From an uncultured Clostridia bacterium (GTDB lineage Bacteria > Bacillota > Clostridia > Christensenellales > UBA3700): 64,000 bases of DNA. The stretch lies in NCBI GenBank assembly GCA_944381275.1, contig CALWKO010000001.1, positions 25,342 to 89,341 of the forward strand. The letters run 5' to 3'. The notes under the pieces were generated by a model, which was not told the origin of the DNA, ran no database searches, and was given only the letters and a program-made list of their open reading frames with translations. The position numbers and the translations under genes were made by a program. Shown here piece after piece: positions 1 through 7,573 of the stretch. How positions within the stretch are numbered: the stretch's first letter is position 1; every line of letters begins with the position of its first letter.

Positions 1-1359
1 TCCCGCGCCCAGGCTTAAAAAGAGCATGGTTATGGGGTCGTCTATCGGGTTGAACCAATACCATATGCCCAAATCGCTTGCGCCCACGCCGAAGTAGGAG
101 CCGAAGAAGAAGCCCCATATTATGGTGGATATGCCGCCCATACAGAGCAATTTTATCATGTTGCCCCTGCCGCGCGGCGGTTTTACCTTTGCAAGATAGA
201 TGGACGTGAACAGAGTGAGCAGTACGCCGTATCCCACGTCCGCCAGCATCATTCCAAAGAAGAGGAAGAAAAATGCGGTTATGTGCGGATTGGGATCCAA
301 TTCCCTGTACTTGGGCGCGGAGAACATGTTCGTCACCGTTTCGTACGGCGTGACGAGAGAGTTGTTCATGGCGTAAGTGGGCACGTCGTCCCCTTCCTTA
401 GGCTCTTCAAAGTAGTAAGAAAGGCTCTCGCCGCTGCCTTCGAGCAGTTTATCCACCTGCTCCGTATAAGGCAGGGGGACCCACGCTTCCAGCACATAGG
501 AAGTGGCGGTGCAGGCGGAAAGTCCGCTCCCCGTTACCTTCGCCCTCTCTACGCTGTAATAGTCGCGCATGAGTTTGAGCATGGGCAAGTTCTCCTCCGC
601 GCACGCTCCCTGCAAGACTATCTGCGCGCGGCGGGAGGCGACGTCCTCCGCCCTCTTATCTATCTCCTCTTTTTCCTTGGCGTATGTGCGGACGTACTCC
701 GCCGGGCAGGGAGAAAACTCCATGTCGGAAAGTGCGGCGCGCACTTCCTCTTCGTCTTCTTTGTGACAGACGACGGCGAGCGCCGTTTGACTGCCGCTGC
801 CCCAAGTGCGCCAAACGCACTTTTCGCTCCACTCCCCCTCCGCAAATTCCGAAGTGGTAACCGTGCCTATCGCCGCATAGGTGTGGGCGGTGGGCGCGAA
901 CGAGCCGAGCTCTTCTTCCACCTCGGCATAGGGGGCGAGGGACGCCAGGGCGTTTTCGCACTTCAGCTTTTCCGACGAGCACTCGGTGAGCGCGGCGGAA
1001 AGCTCCTTTAATTGCCCTATCACATTAGCAAGCTCTCCTTCCCTCTCCTTGCAGGCGGTGAACTCGCCGAAAGTGAGGGTGGGCTGGGGCGCCAAAAATT
1101 CCTTCTTCGCCTTTTTGTACTCTATTATCTTCTTTTTGGAAAGATCCGCCGCCTCTCGCGTGCATGCGGAGATAAATTCGAATGAAAATTCTATATCCGC
1201 GAGTTTTAATGCCAGCTCGTCCGCGCGTGCGGAGACGTCGGGGCGGAAAGTGCCCTCTTCTTCACGGGCGGGGGCGATTTCCGCACAGCCGCTCTTGTGC
1301 AGTAAATCCATAGTCGCCTGCGTTTCGCTGCGGCTACCCACCAATATGAGCTTGCGCAT
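1..1359 (-). CDS. ntpI: V-type ATP synthase subunit I (membrane a-type subunit); C-terminal end runs off the left window edge
   Basis: Absent from the ORF track because it has no stop codon inside the window. My own minus-strand translation from the ATG at 1359-1357 stays open to base 1: MRKLILVGSRSETQATMDLLHKSGCAEI...SAPKYRELDPNPHITAFFFLFFGMMLADVGYGVLLTLF... It has a soluble N-terminal half followed by hydrophobic helices, as expected for subunit I. The start lies 1 nt after the stop of the small stalk-subunit gene. Confidence 0.8.
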   Translation of the reverse strand, partial: MRKLILVGSRSETQATMDLLHKSGCAEIAPAREEEGTFRPDVSARADELALKLADIEFSFEFISACTREAADLSKKKIIEYKKAKKEFLAPQPTLTFGEFTACKEREGELANVIGQLKELSAALTECSSEKLKCENALASLAPYAEVEEELGSFAPTAHTYAAIGTVTTSEFAEGEWSEKCVWRTWGSGSQTALAVVCHKEDEEEVRAALSDMEFSPCPAEYVRTYAKEKEEIDKRAEDVASRRAQIVLQGACAEENLPMLKLMRDYYSVERAKVTGSGLSACTATSYVLEAWVPLPYTEQVDKLLEGSGESLSYYFEEPKEGDDVPTYAMNNSLVTPYETVTNMFSAPKYRELDPNPHITAFFFLFFGMMLADVGYGVLLTLFTSIYLAKVKPPRGRGNMIKLLCMGGISTIIWGFFFGSYFGVGASDLGIWYWFNPIDDPITMLFLSLGAG

Positions 1360-1360
1360 T

Positions 1361-1705
1361 TCAGCCAGCATACTTCTCGCCCAACTGCTCCAAAATTATT
1401 TTAACCGCCTGTGCGGAGTTGGCTTTTGCAAGCTGTTCCAGCCGCTTTTTTTCGCCCTCGCATTCCTCTTTGGCGAGCGCGCTTTGGCGGCTTACTTCCG
1501 CCTTGATCCGCTCGCTCTCCTGCTTGAGCTTTACCTTTACTTCCTCTTCGCAGTCGGCTTTTATCTTACCCGCCTGCGCTTCGGCGGCGGAAATTATGCC
1601 CTTGCTCTCGGCTTTGGCTTGCTCGGCAATCTCATCCGCGCGCGCTTCCGCTTGCAGAATGCTCTTGATCACTTCGCCCATGTCGGGCTTTTGCGTCTGC
1701 TCCAT
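1361..1705 (-). CDS. Small V-type ATPase peripheral-stalk subunit (NtpF/G-like), 114 aa
   Basis: The whole product is an E/K/A-rich predicted helix (EARADEIAEQAKAESKGIISAAEAQAGKIKADCEEEVKVKLKQE...). It sits immediately upstream of subunit I, matching the ntpF-ntpI order of Enterococcus-type V-ATPase operons. Confidence 0.55.
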   Translation of the reverse strand: MEQTQKPDMGEVIKSILQAEARADEIAEQAKAESKGIISAAEAQAGKIKADCEEEVKVKLKQESERIKAEVSRQSALAKEECEGEKKRLEQLAKANSAQAVKIILEQLGEKYAG

Positions 1706-1729
1706 CTTCCTTTCCTTATCCGATATTTA

Positions 1730-2179
1730 TTACTTAAAGTTTTTATCCTCTATCGCGGTTATCTTTGCCACCCTGCCCGCGTGCCTTCCGCCGCCGAAGG
1801 GGGTATCCAGCCATGCCGCAACCATCTGCGCGGCAAGCGCAGGGCTGACCACCCTGCCGCCCATGGAGAGGACGTTGGCGTTGTTGTGCTCGGCGCACAT
1901 CGTTGCCGTGAACACGTCGTGGCACACGCCGCAGCGAATGCCCTTGACCTTGTTGGCGGCGATGGCGATTCCTATGCCCGTGCCGCACATCAAAATGCCC
2001 TTGTCTGCTTCGCCGGAGGCAACCGCCTCTGCCACCGCTTCGCCGTAGTCGGGATAGTCGACGGAAGAAGAGTCGTAACACCCCTTGTCTATCACCTCTA
2101 TTCCCCTCTTGTTCAGCTCGGCGAGGATAGCTTCCTTCAAAACTATGCCGCCGTGATCGCAACCGATTGCTATTTTCAT
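1730..2179 (-). CDS. rpiB: Ribose-5-phosphate isomerase B
   Basis: MKIAIGCDHGG...LMCGTGIGIAIAANKVKGIRCGVCHD...GGRHAGRV is the classic RpiB/LacAB signature. I trimmed the start to the ATG at 2179, which is preceded by a GGAGG; the track ORF starts further upstream at 2230. Confidence 0.9.
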   Translation of the reverse strand: MKIAIGCDHGGIVLKEAILAELNKRGIEVIDKGCYDSSSVDYPDYGEAVAEAVASGEADKGILMCGTGIGIAIAANKVKGIRCGVCHDVFTATMCAEHNNANVLSMGGRVVSPALAAQMVAAWLDTPFGGGRHAGRVAKITAIEDKNFK

Positions 2180-2311
2180 GACTGCCTCCGTATTTGTATT
2201 TATCATATCACATCGCAAAAAACTTTTCAAGACCCAATTTCTTCACAAAACGCGGCATTTTGTCGAGAAAAGCCTTAAATTCGCCCTCTGCGCGCTTTCT
2301 TTTTATAATTT

Positions 2312-2758
2312 TTACAATAAAAATCTTCCCTTCAAGTAGGGGATGAGCAAGTCGATACCCTTGGCGAGCGTCTGCGCGCACTTGTCGTATGCCTCCTGAT
2401 CCTGACCGTAAGGGTCGGGAACGTCGCCCGACGGGGAGAATTCGCAAAACGCGGCGAGCTTGCCGTCGTCCGTTATGGCGGCGAGCGCCGCGCGCTGCTG
2501 CCAGGTCATGGTCACGATGAAGTCGCTCTCATCTATCAACTGCGGAGTGACGGGTTGGGATAGGTGCGAAAAGCCCGTTATGCCCAGCTTTTTGAGCGCC
2601 TCGATCGCCTTGGGGTTCACCCTTTCGCCGTAGGTGAGGGAGATGGCGGCGCTGTCTGCCGTCATGTCCAGCTTTTGCTCCTTTGCCTTGTGGGTGAATA
2701 TGGCTTGCGCCATAGGGGAACGGCAGGTATTGCCCGTGCACACAAACAAAACTTTCAT
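2312..2758 (-). CDS. Low-molecular-weight protein tyrosine/arginine phosphatase (YwlE-like)
   Basis: The N-terminal P-loop MKVLFVCTGNTCRSPMA matches CX5R(S/T), and the C-terminal DPY motif is present. It has a 4-nt overlap with the upstream tsaC stop. Confidence 0.85.
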   Translation of the reverse strand: MKVLFVCTGNTCRSPMAQAIFTHKAKEQKLDMTADSAAISLTYGERVNPKAIEALKKLGITGFSHLSQPVTPQLIDESDFIVTMTWQQRAALAAITDDGKLAAFCEFSPSGDVPDPYGQDQEAYDKCAQTLAKGIDLLIPYLKGRFLL

Positions 2759-3747
2759 ACCCTTTTACCTCCTGCGGCTTTGTTTACCCTGTTCATGACA
2801 GAAGCCGCCACGCCCTGCGCGCCCAGATCTTCGCATATGATGAAGTCGGCTATCTTCTCTCCCTTATGCAGAGCGGAATATATGTTGCGGCATACCTCCG
2901 CGTCCCCCCTGCCCAGGTCGATGAACCTGCATCCGCCCAGCTCGCCCGTATGCTCGCCGCGGCACAGGATGACGGGAGTCTTGCCCGCCTTTTGCTCCTT
3001 TACATAGCATTCGACGGCGGAGGCGATATCATTTGCCACCACGCACTCGCATGAGGGCGCGTAATGCTTGTACTTCATTCCCGGCGCGGGAGCCGCTGCA
3101 AGCACCTTGCCGCTGTGCAACTTCACGTCCCCGCCCAGCACGCTTGCTATCATCTCCGCCGTGACCGCGCCGGGGCGCAGGACGACGGGCGTTTCGCCGG
3201 TGATGTCCAGCACGGTGGATTCTATGCCCACTATGCTCTCTCCCCCGTCGATGATGAGGGGGATCCTGCCCTTCATGTCCTCGTACACATGGCGGGCGGA
3301 CGTGGGACTTATCCTGGTGGAAAGATTTGCCGAAGGCGCCGCCACGGGCACTCCGCAAGCCGCCAAAAACGCCGAACATACGGGGTCGGACGGCACGCGC
3401 ACACCCACGGTGTCCAATCCCGCGGTGACTTCATCGGGGATGCTGTCCTTGCGCGGCACCACCAGGGTGAGAGGCCCCGGCATGAACGCGTTGATGAGCG
3501 CGTTATATTTTTCGTCGAATCCGCTCGTCACGGTATGGATGAGCTTTTTATCCGCAAGGTGAACGATGAGGGGGTTATCCATGGGTCTGCCCTTGGCGGC
3601 GAATACCGCCCTGACCGCATCCGGATTATAGGCGTTTGCGGCGAGCCCGTACACCGTTTCGGTGGGGAAAGCCACCACTCCGCCGGCACGGACTATCTCC
3701 GCGCCCAACTTAATTGCCTCTTGTCCGCTTAAAATTTTCGTTTCCAT
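2755..3747 (-). CDS. tsaC: L-threonylcarbamoyladenylate synthase (Sua5/YwlC/TsaC, long form with Sua5 C-terminal domain)
   Basis: GGVVAFPTETVYGLAANAYNPDAVRAVFAAKGRPMDNPLIVH and SANLSTRISPT are YrdC/Sua5 motifs. I chose the start at METKIL (ATG at 3747). Confidence 0.9.
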   Translation of the reverse strand: METKILSGQEAIKLGAEIVRAGGVVAFPTETVYGLAANAYNPDAVRAVFAAKGRPMDNPLIVHLADKKLIHTVTSGFDEKYNALINAFMPGPLTLVVPRKDSIPDEVTAGLDTVGVRVPSDPVCSAFLAACGVPVAAPSANLSTRISPTSARHVYEDMKGRIPLIIDGGESIVGIESTVLDITGETPVVLRPGAVTAEMIASVLGGDVKLHSGKVLAAAPAPGMKYKHYAPSCECVVANDIASAVECYVKEQKAGKTPVILCRGEHTGELGGCRFIDLGRGDAEVCRNIYSALHKGEKIADFIICEDLGAQGVAASVMNRVNKAAGGKRV

Positions 3748-3748
3748 T

Positions 3749-4516
3749 TTATTCCGCCAGCCAAAGAATGAGTGCACCTATTATTATACCCGCGATGGCG
3801 AGCGCCGCCACCTTTTTGCATTTGGTGCGCGCGTACGCTCCCGCGAGCATGTCGTCGAAGATGATGTAGAGCATCGCTCCCGCAGAGAGCGCAAGACATA
3901 TGCCCGTGAGTATGCCGGAGATGTTGCTCACAAAGTAGCCGATGAGCGCGCCCGCCACCGCCGCAAGTCCCGTGGACGTGGCGATGATCACGCTCAGCCA
4001 CCTCTTCACCCCCGCCCTGCAGAACGCCGCGGACATGGCTATGCCCTCCGGAATGTTATGAAGGGCGATGAGCACCGCCGCCAGCCACGCGGAGCCGCTT
4101 GCGGACAGACTGCCCACCATCATCCCCTCCGGGATGTTGTGGAGCACGAGCGCTGTCACCAAAGAAAAGCCCACATAGAGTTCGCGCTTGCCCTCGGAAC
4201 TGTGCAAATCGGGCAGCTCCTCCCCGTCGGGGTGCTTGTGCTCGCCCGCCTTCTTGTCCAAAAGAATGCCGGCAAAGAAGACTATCGCCGCGCCGGCAAA
4301 CGTGACGAGCAGAGTTATCCATATCTGCCCCGTCGATTCCAGCGATTCGGGCAGAACGTCCAAAAATACCAGCGCCGCCATAAAGCCGGCGGTGAACGCC
4401 ATGAGCGCGCTCAAAATCTTTTCTCCCTTGCCCTGTACGGACACGGGTATAAGCGCACCTATGAGCGTTCCGCCCACTCCGGCGAGCATACTCCAAAGCA
4501 ATGCTTCCCACCACAT
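3749..4516 (-). CDS. zupT: ZIP-family divalent metal (zinc) transporter
   Basis: Multi-pass hydrophobic protein with a duplicated HNIPEG motif (LHNIPEGMMVG, LHNIPEGIAMS) and a His-rich loop (EHKHPDGE). Confidence 0.85.
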   Translation of the reverse strand: MWWEALLWSMLAGVGGTLIGALIPVSVQGKGEKILSALMAFTAGFMAALVFLDVLPESLESTGQIWITLLVTFAGAAIVFFAGILLDKKAGEHKHPDGEELPDLHSSEGKRELYVGFSLVTALVLHNIPEGMMVGSLSASGSAWLAAVLIALHNIPEGIAMSAAFCRAGVKRWLSVIIATSTGLAAVAGALIGYFVSNISGILTGICLALSAGAMLYIIFDDMLAGAYARTKCKKVAALAIAGIIIGALILWLAE

Positions 4517-4624
4517 GCCTCTATTTTAATCTTTTTTGGCGCGATATGCAAGGGATAGAGAAATGCAGCAAAAATTTTTTTTGACATAACGTTGTATTTT
4601 TTCGTAAATTCTGCTTAAATACTG

Positions 4625-4653
4625 TTTACTTTTCGCGCGCGCGATGATATAAT
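4625..4653 (+). promoter_or_regulatory. Candidate sigma-70-type promoter of the repeat/YegP gene
   Basis: TTTACT (4625-4630), a 17-nt spacer, then TATAAT (4648-4653). An AAAGGAG RBS follows at 4667-4673 and the ATG at 4683. Confidence 0.4.
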
Positions 4654-4682
4654 AATACTATCAAAAAAAGGAGATTTTTGTT

Positions 4683-6047
4683 ATGGAAAGTTTCGTCAAC
4701 TTTATGACCACAAGCATGTTCAGCATCGGCGAAGTGGATATTCCGCTTTATGCGATATTCATAGTTTTCGTGCTGTTAGTTTTGATCATTATCGTGCCTT
4801 CCGTTATAGCGACGGCTAAGCACAACAAGAAGATGCAGGCAGAAGCCGAGCAGGAAGCTCAGCAGAACGCGGAAGAAGAGGCCGCTCGCAAAGCTGCGGA
4901 AGAAGAAGCCGCTCGTAAGGCTGCGGAAGAAGAGGCCGCTCGCAAGGCTGCGGAGGAAGAAGCTGCTCGTAAGGCTGCGGAAGAAGAAGCCGCTCGCAAA
5001 GCTGCAGAGGAAGAAGCTGCCCGCAAGGCTGCGGAGGAAGAAGCTGCTCGCAAGGCTGCCGAAGAAGAAGCCGCTCGCAAGGCTGCCGAGGAAGAAGCTG
5101 CTCGCAAGGCTGCCGAAGAGGAAGCTGCTCGCAAAGCTGCCGAAGAGGAAGCCGCTCGCAAAGCTGCAGAGGAAGAAGCTGCTCGCAAAGCTGCGGAGGA
5201 AGAAGCTGCCCGCAAGGCTGCCGAAGAAGAAGCCGCTCGCAAGGCTGCCGAAGAAGAGGAAGCTAAGCGCGTAGCCGAGGAAGAGGCCGCAAAGAAAGCG
5301 GAAGAAGAAAAGAAGGAAGAGGAAGCCAAGGCGGAAGAAGTTGCAGCCACCGAAGCTGCTCCCGTCAAGAAGCCCGCCACCAGGAAGCCCTCCAACGCCG
5401 CCAAGAAGAAGGCCGCCGCGGAACCCGTCAAAGAAGAACAACCGGCAGTTGCCGAGGATAAGGAGGATGAAGAAGTGAAAGCAGAAAAGAAACCCACCAC
5501 CAGGAAGCCTGCCGCCGCAACCAAGAAGGCGGAGGAGAAGAAGCCCGCAGAGAAGAAGCCCGCCGCCAAGGCAGCCGAAAAGAAACCTGCAGAGAAGAAA
5601 GCCGCCGCTAAGACGACGGAAAAGAAGACCGCTCCCGCAGCGGAAGAAACCGCTCCCGTGAGCAACATCGTCTTGCTCACCGATGAGCCCGCAAAGCCCG
5701 CCGGCGGCAGATATGTAATCATCAAGGATGATGAAAATCCCATTAAGCCTTACAAGTTCCAGCTCAAGGCGAACAACGGTCAGGTTCTTTACGAATCGGA
5801 AGGCTACAAGGCTAAGCCCAAGAAGGCTTCTATCATGGCGTTCAAGAAGGCGGTCGAGCAAGGCACCTTGGCTATCGACAAGGAGAAGAACGGCACCTAT
5901 CGTTACAAACTGTATAAGGCAGACGGCACCTTGATGGGCGTGGGCGAAAGCTACTCCGCCAAGGCTAGAGCGGAAAGCTCCGCTGAATCGGTTAAGGCAT
6001 TTGCCGCAAGCGCAAACTTCATCGAAGACCTCACCGTAACCGAATAA
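4683..6047 (+). CDS. Membrane-anchored protein: N-terminal TM helix, (AEEEAARKA)x14 charged helix, P/A/K-rich linker, C-terminal tandem YegP/DUF1508 (UPF0339) domain
   Basis: An RBS precedes the ATG. The TM helix is [24 protein letters not shown], followed by KHNKK. The C-terminus [36 protein letters not shown]...[36 protein letters not shown] matches the two-repeat YegP pattern. Confidence 0.8.
   Translation: MESFVNFMTTSMFSIGEVDIPLYAIFIVFVLLVLIIIVPSVIATAKHNKKMQAEAEQEAQQNAEEEAARKAAEEEAARKAAEEEAARKAAEEEAARKAAEEEAARKAAEEEAARKAAEEEAARKAAEEEAARKAAEEEAARKAAEEEAARKAAEEEAARKAAEEEAARKAAEEEAARKAAEEEAARKAAEEEEAKRVAEEEAAKKAEEEKKEEEAKAEEVAATEAAPVKKPATRKPSNAAKKKAAAEPVKEEQPAVAEDKEDEEVKAEKKPTTRKPAAATKKAEEKKPAEKKPAAKAAEKKPAEKKAAAKTTEKKTAPAAEETAPVSNIVLLTDEPAKPAGGRYVIIKDDENPIKPYKFQLKANNGQVLYESEGYKAKPKKASIMAFKKAVEQGTLAIDKEKNGTYRYKLYKADGTLMGVGESYSAKARAESSAESVKAFAASANFIEDLTVTE
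4869..5246 (+). repeat. Tandem repeat of 27 bp x 14 (in frame, each unit encodes AEEEAARKA), plus 2 degenerate units up to about 5300
   Basis: Counted directly. Unit 1 is 4869-4895 and unit 14 ends at 5246. The units differ from one another only at synonymous third positions. Confidence 0.95.
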
Positions 6048-6060
6048 CTTCAAGTACATA

Positions 6061-6088
6061 AAACCGCCGCCGCGTGCGGCGGTTTTTC
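6061..6088 (+). terminator. Rho-independent terminator of the repeat/YegP gene
   Basis: CCGCCGC (6064-6070), loop CGCGT, GCGGCGG (6076-6082), then TTTTT. It begins 14 nt after the stop codon. Confidence 0.8.
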
Positions 6089-6126
6089 TATGCCCTTTTG
6101 CAAAATTTCAAGAGGAAAAACAAGCC

Positions 6127-6168
6127 GTTTTACGCGCTTTTTACACTCGCAAAAAAAGCGCGTAAAAC
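6127..6168. repeat. Perfect 16-bp inverted repeat GTTTTACGCGCTTTTT / AAAAAGCGCGTAAAAC with a 10-nt spacer; direct copies of the right arm lie at 6404-6419 and 6436-6453
   Basis: Read directly from the sequence, in the region between the convergent genes. Confidence 0.8.
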
Positions 6169-6576
6169 TCACCTTTCCTATACACTTATTTTAAAGCCGG
6201 CAAAATTATAAACATCAGCGGCGTTCCTTGTCGATTATTTTGAAAAATACTTGATATAAGTGCGTTATGCTCCCCTTCCCTCTCATTTTTCTCCGCTTTT
6301 TGCAAATGCAAAAAAGCACCGCAAACTCGATTATAACAATGTGGTTATAAGGGGCGCGGCACTAAGATTTTTCGATGTAAACTCACAGGCAAAATGCCGT
6401 GTGAAAAAAGCGCGTAAAGCAAGTTTTTTCCGCTTGAAAAAAGCGCGTAAAACATGCTCGCTTTCCCCGCCAAAACGCAGGCGCACACATTATTATATGG
6501 ATATAATTATTATAATACTCGCGCGCGCGTAATATAATAATAGCAATGCCGCCCTGTTCAAAAAGCGCAAACGTAA

Positions 6577-6604
6577 TAAAAAAGCCTCGGCTTTTGCCGA
6601 GGCT
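6577..6604 (-). terminator. Rho-independent terminator of manA
   Basis: On the minus strand, AGCCTCGGC-AAAA-GCCGAGGCT is followed by TTTTTT, starting 18 nt after the manA stop. Confidence 0.8.
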
Positions 6605-6622
6605 AGCTTGGAATTTACTGAT

Positions 6623-7573
6623 TTACACGCAGGCGGAGATGAGCTTCATGTTGCCGCGCAAGGTGAACTCGCCCAAGCCCGCCGGCAAAAAGAAGGTGTC
6701 GCCCAAAGCCACGTCGTAAGAAGAATCCTGCCACAGCAGTACGCCTTCACCCTGAGTGCAGGTGAGGGAGAGGAAGCAGTCCTGCCCCACCCCGCCCTTG
6801 TATTCGGGATCGACGGTTATTTCACGCACAGTGAAGTACTTGCAGCTCGCCAGCAGGCGCACTCCGCAGCCCTCGTTCACCACGTTTTCGTTGGGTGCGG
6901 TAACGGCGGAAGTGTTGACCACCTGCAAGGCTTTTTCTATGTGCAGTTCGCGCTTTTTGCCGTCCTTCCCCACCCTGTCGTAATCGTAAAGGCGATAGGT
7001 GAGCGAGGAATTTTGCTGCACTTCGCATATCAAAAGTCCGCCGCATATGGCGTGCACAGTGCCGGAGGGGATGTATATGCTGTCCCCCTTCTTAACGGGG
7101 ATGAAGTTGAGCAGATCGAGGATCTTGCCGCCCTTGAGCGCGGCTTCCAGCTCGTCCTTGCCGACCGCCCTTTTAAAGCCGCAATACACGCCCGAGCCTT
7201 CCTCTGCGTCGATGATGTACCACATCTCGCTCTTACCATACTGCCCTTCGTGCGCGAGCGCGTACTCGTCGGAGGGGTGAACCTGTATTGAAAGATTGGT
7301 CTTGGCGTCGATCAGCTTTATCAGTATGGGGAAAATTTCAAATTGCTCGCACTTTTCACCCTTGTAGATGGGCATATGTTCGAGCAATTCGCCCAGCGGC
7401 ATGCCGGCGTATTCGCCGTTTTCTATCACGCTCATGCCGTCGTTATGGCAGGAAAGCTCCCAGCTTTCCGCTATCACGCCGCCTTCGGCGGGCTTTTTCC
7501 ATTCGCGTTTTAATCTGCTTCCGCCCCAAACATAGTCCTTAGTTGCCGGTTTGAGTTTCATCGGGTATATCAT
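6623..7573 (-). CDS. manA: Mannose-6-phosphate isomerase, class I (Firmicute type)
   Basis: KDYVWGGSRLK...ESWELSCH...LIKLIDAKTNLSIQVHPSD...SEMWYII...IPSGTVHAI are cupin PMI motifs. A GGAGA RBS precedes the ATG at 7573. Confidence 0.9.
   Translation of the reverse strand: MIYPMKLKPATKDYVWGGSRLKREWKKPAEGGVIAESWELSCHNDGMSVIENGEYAGMPLGELLEHMPIYKGEKCEQFEIFPILIKLIDAKTNLSIQVHPSDEYALAHEGQYGKSEMWYIIDAEEGSGVYCGFKRAVGKDELEAALKGGKILDLLNFIPVKKGDSIYIPSGTVHAICGGLLICEVQQNSSLTYRLYDYDRVGKDGKKRELHIEKALQVVNTSAVTAPNENVVNEGCGVRLLASCKYFTVREITVDPEYKGGVGQDCFLSLTCTQGEGVLLWQDSSYDVALGDTFFLPAGLGEFTLRGNMKLISACV

Noticed and set aside
283-2278. Plus-strand ORFs at 283-1011 and 986-2278.
   Set aside because: They lie antisense to V-ATPase subunit I (hand-translated, open to the window edge), the small stalk subunit and rpiB, all of which have recognisable motifs. 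The plus-strand products are Arg/Gly/Leu-rich nonsense.
4869-5246. A possible CRISPR array, because of the regular 27-bp periodicity.
   Set aside because: The units are contiguous with no spacers, they are in frame inside a coding sequence, and no cas genes are present.
4776-6059. Minus-strand 427-aa and 294-aa ORFs through the repeat gene.
   Set aside because: The repeat keeps several frames open on both strands. Only the plus-strand frame has an RBS, a TM helix and a recognisable YegP C-terminal domain.
6260-6532. A 90-codon ORF in the region between the convergent genes.
   Set aside because: It has a GTG start without an RBS, a basic low-complexity product (…KKARKASFFRLKKARKTCSLSPPKRRR…), and it is generated largely by the repeated AAAAAGCGCGTAAA motif.
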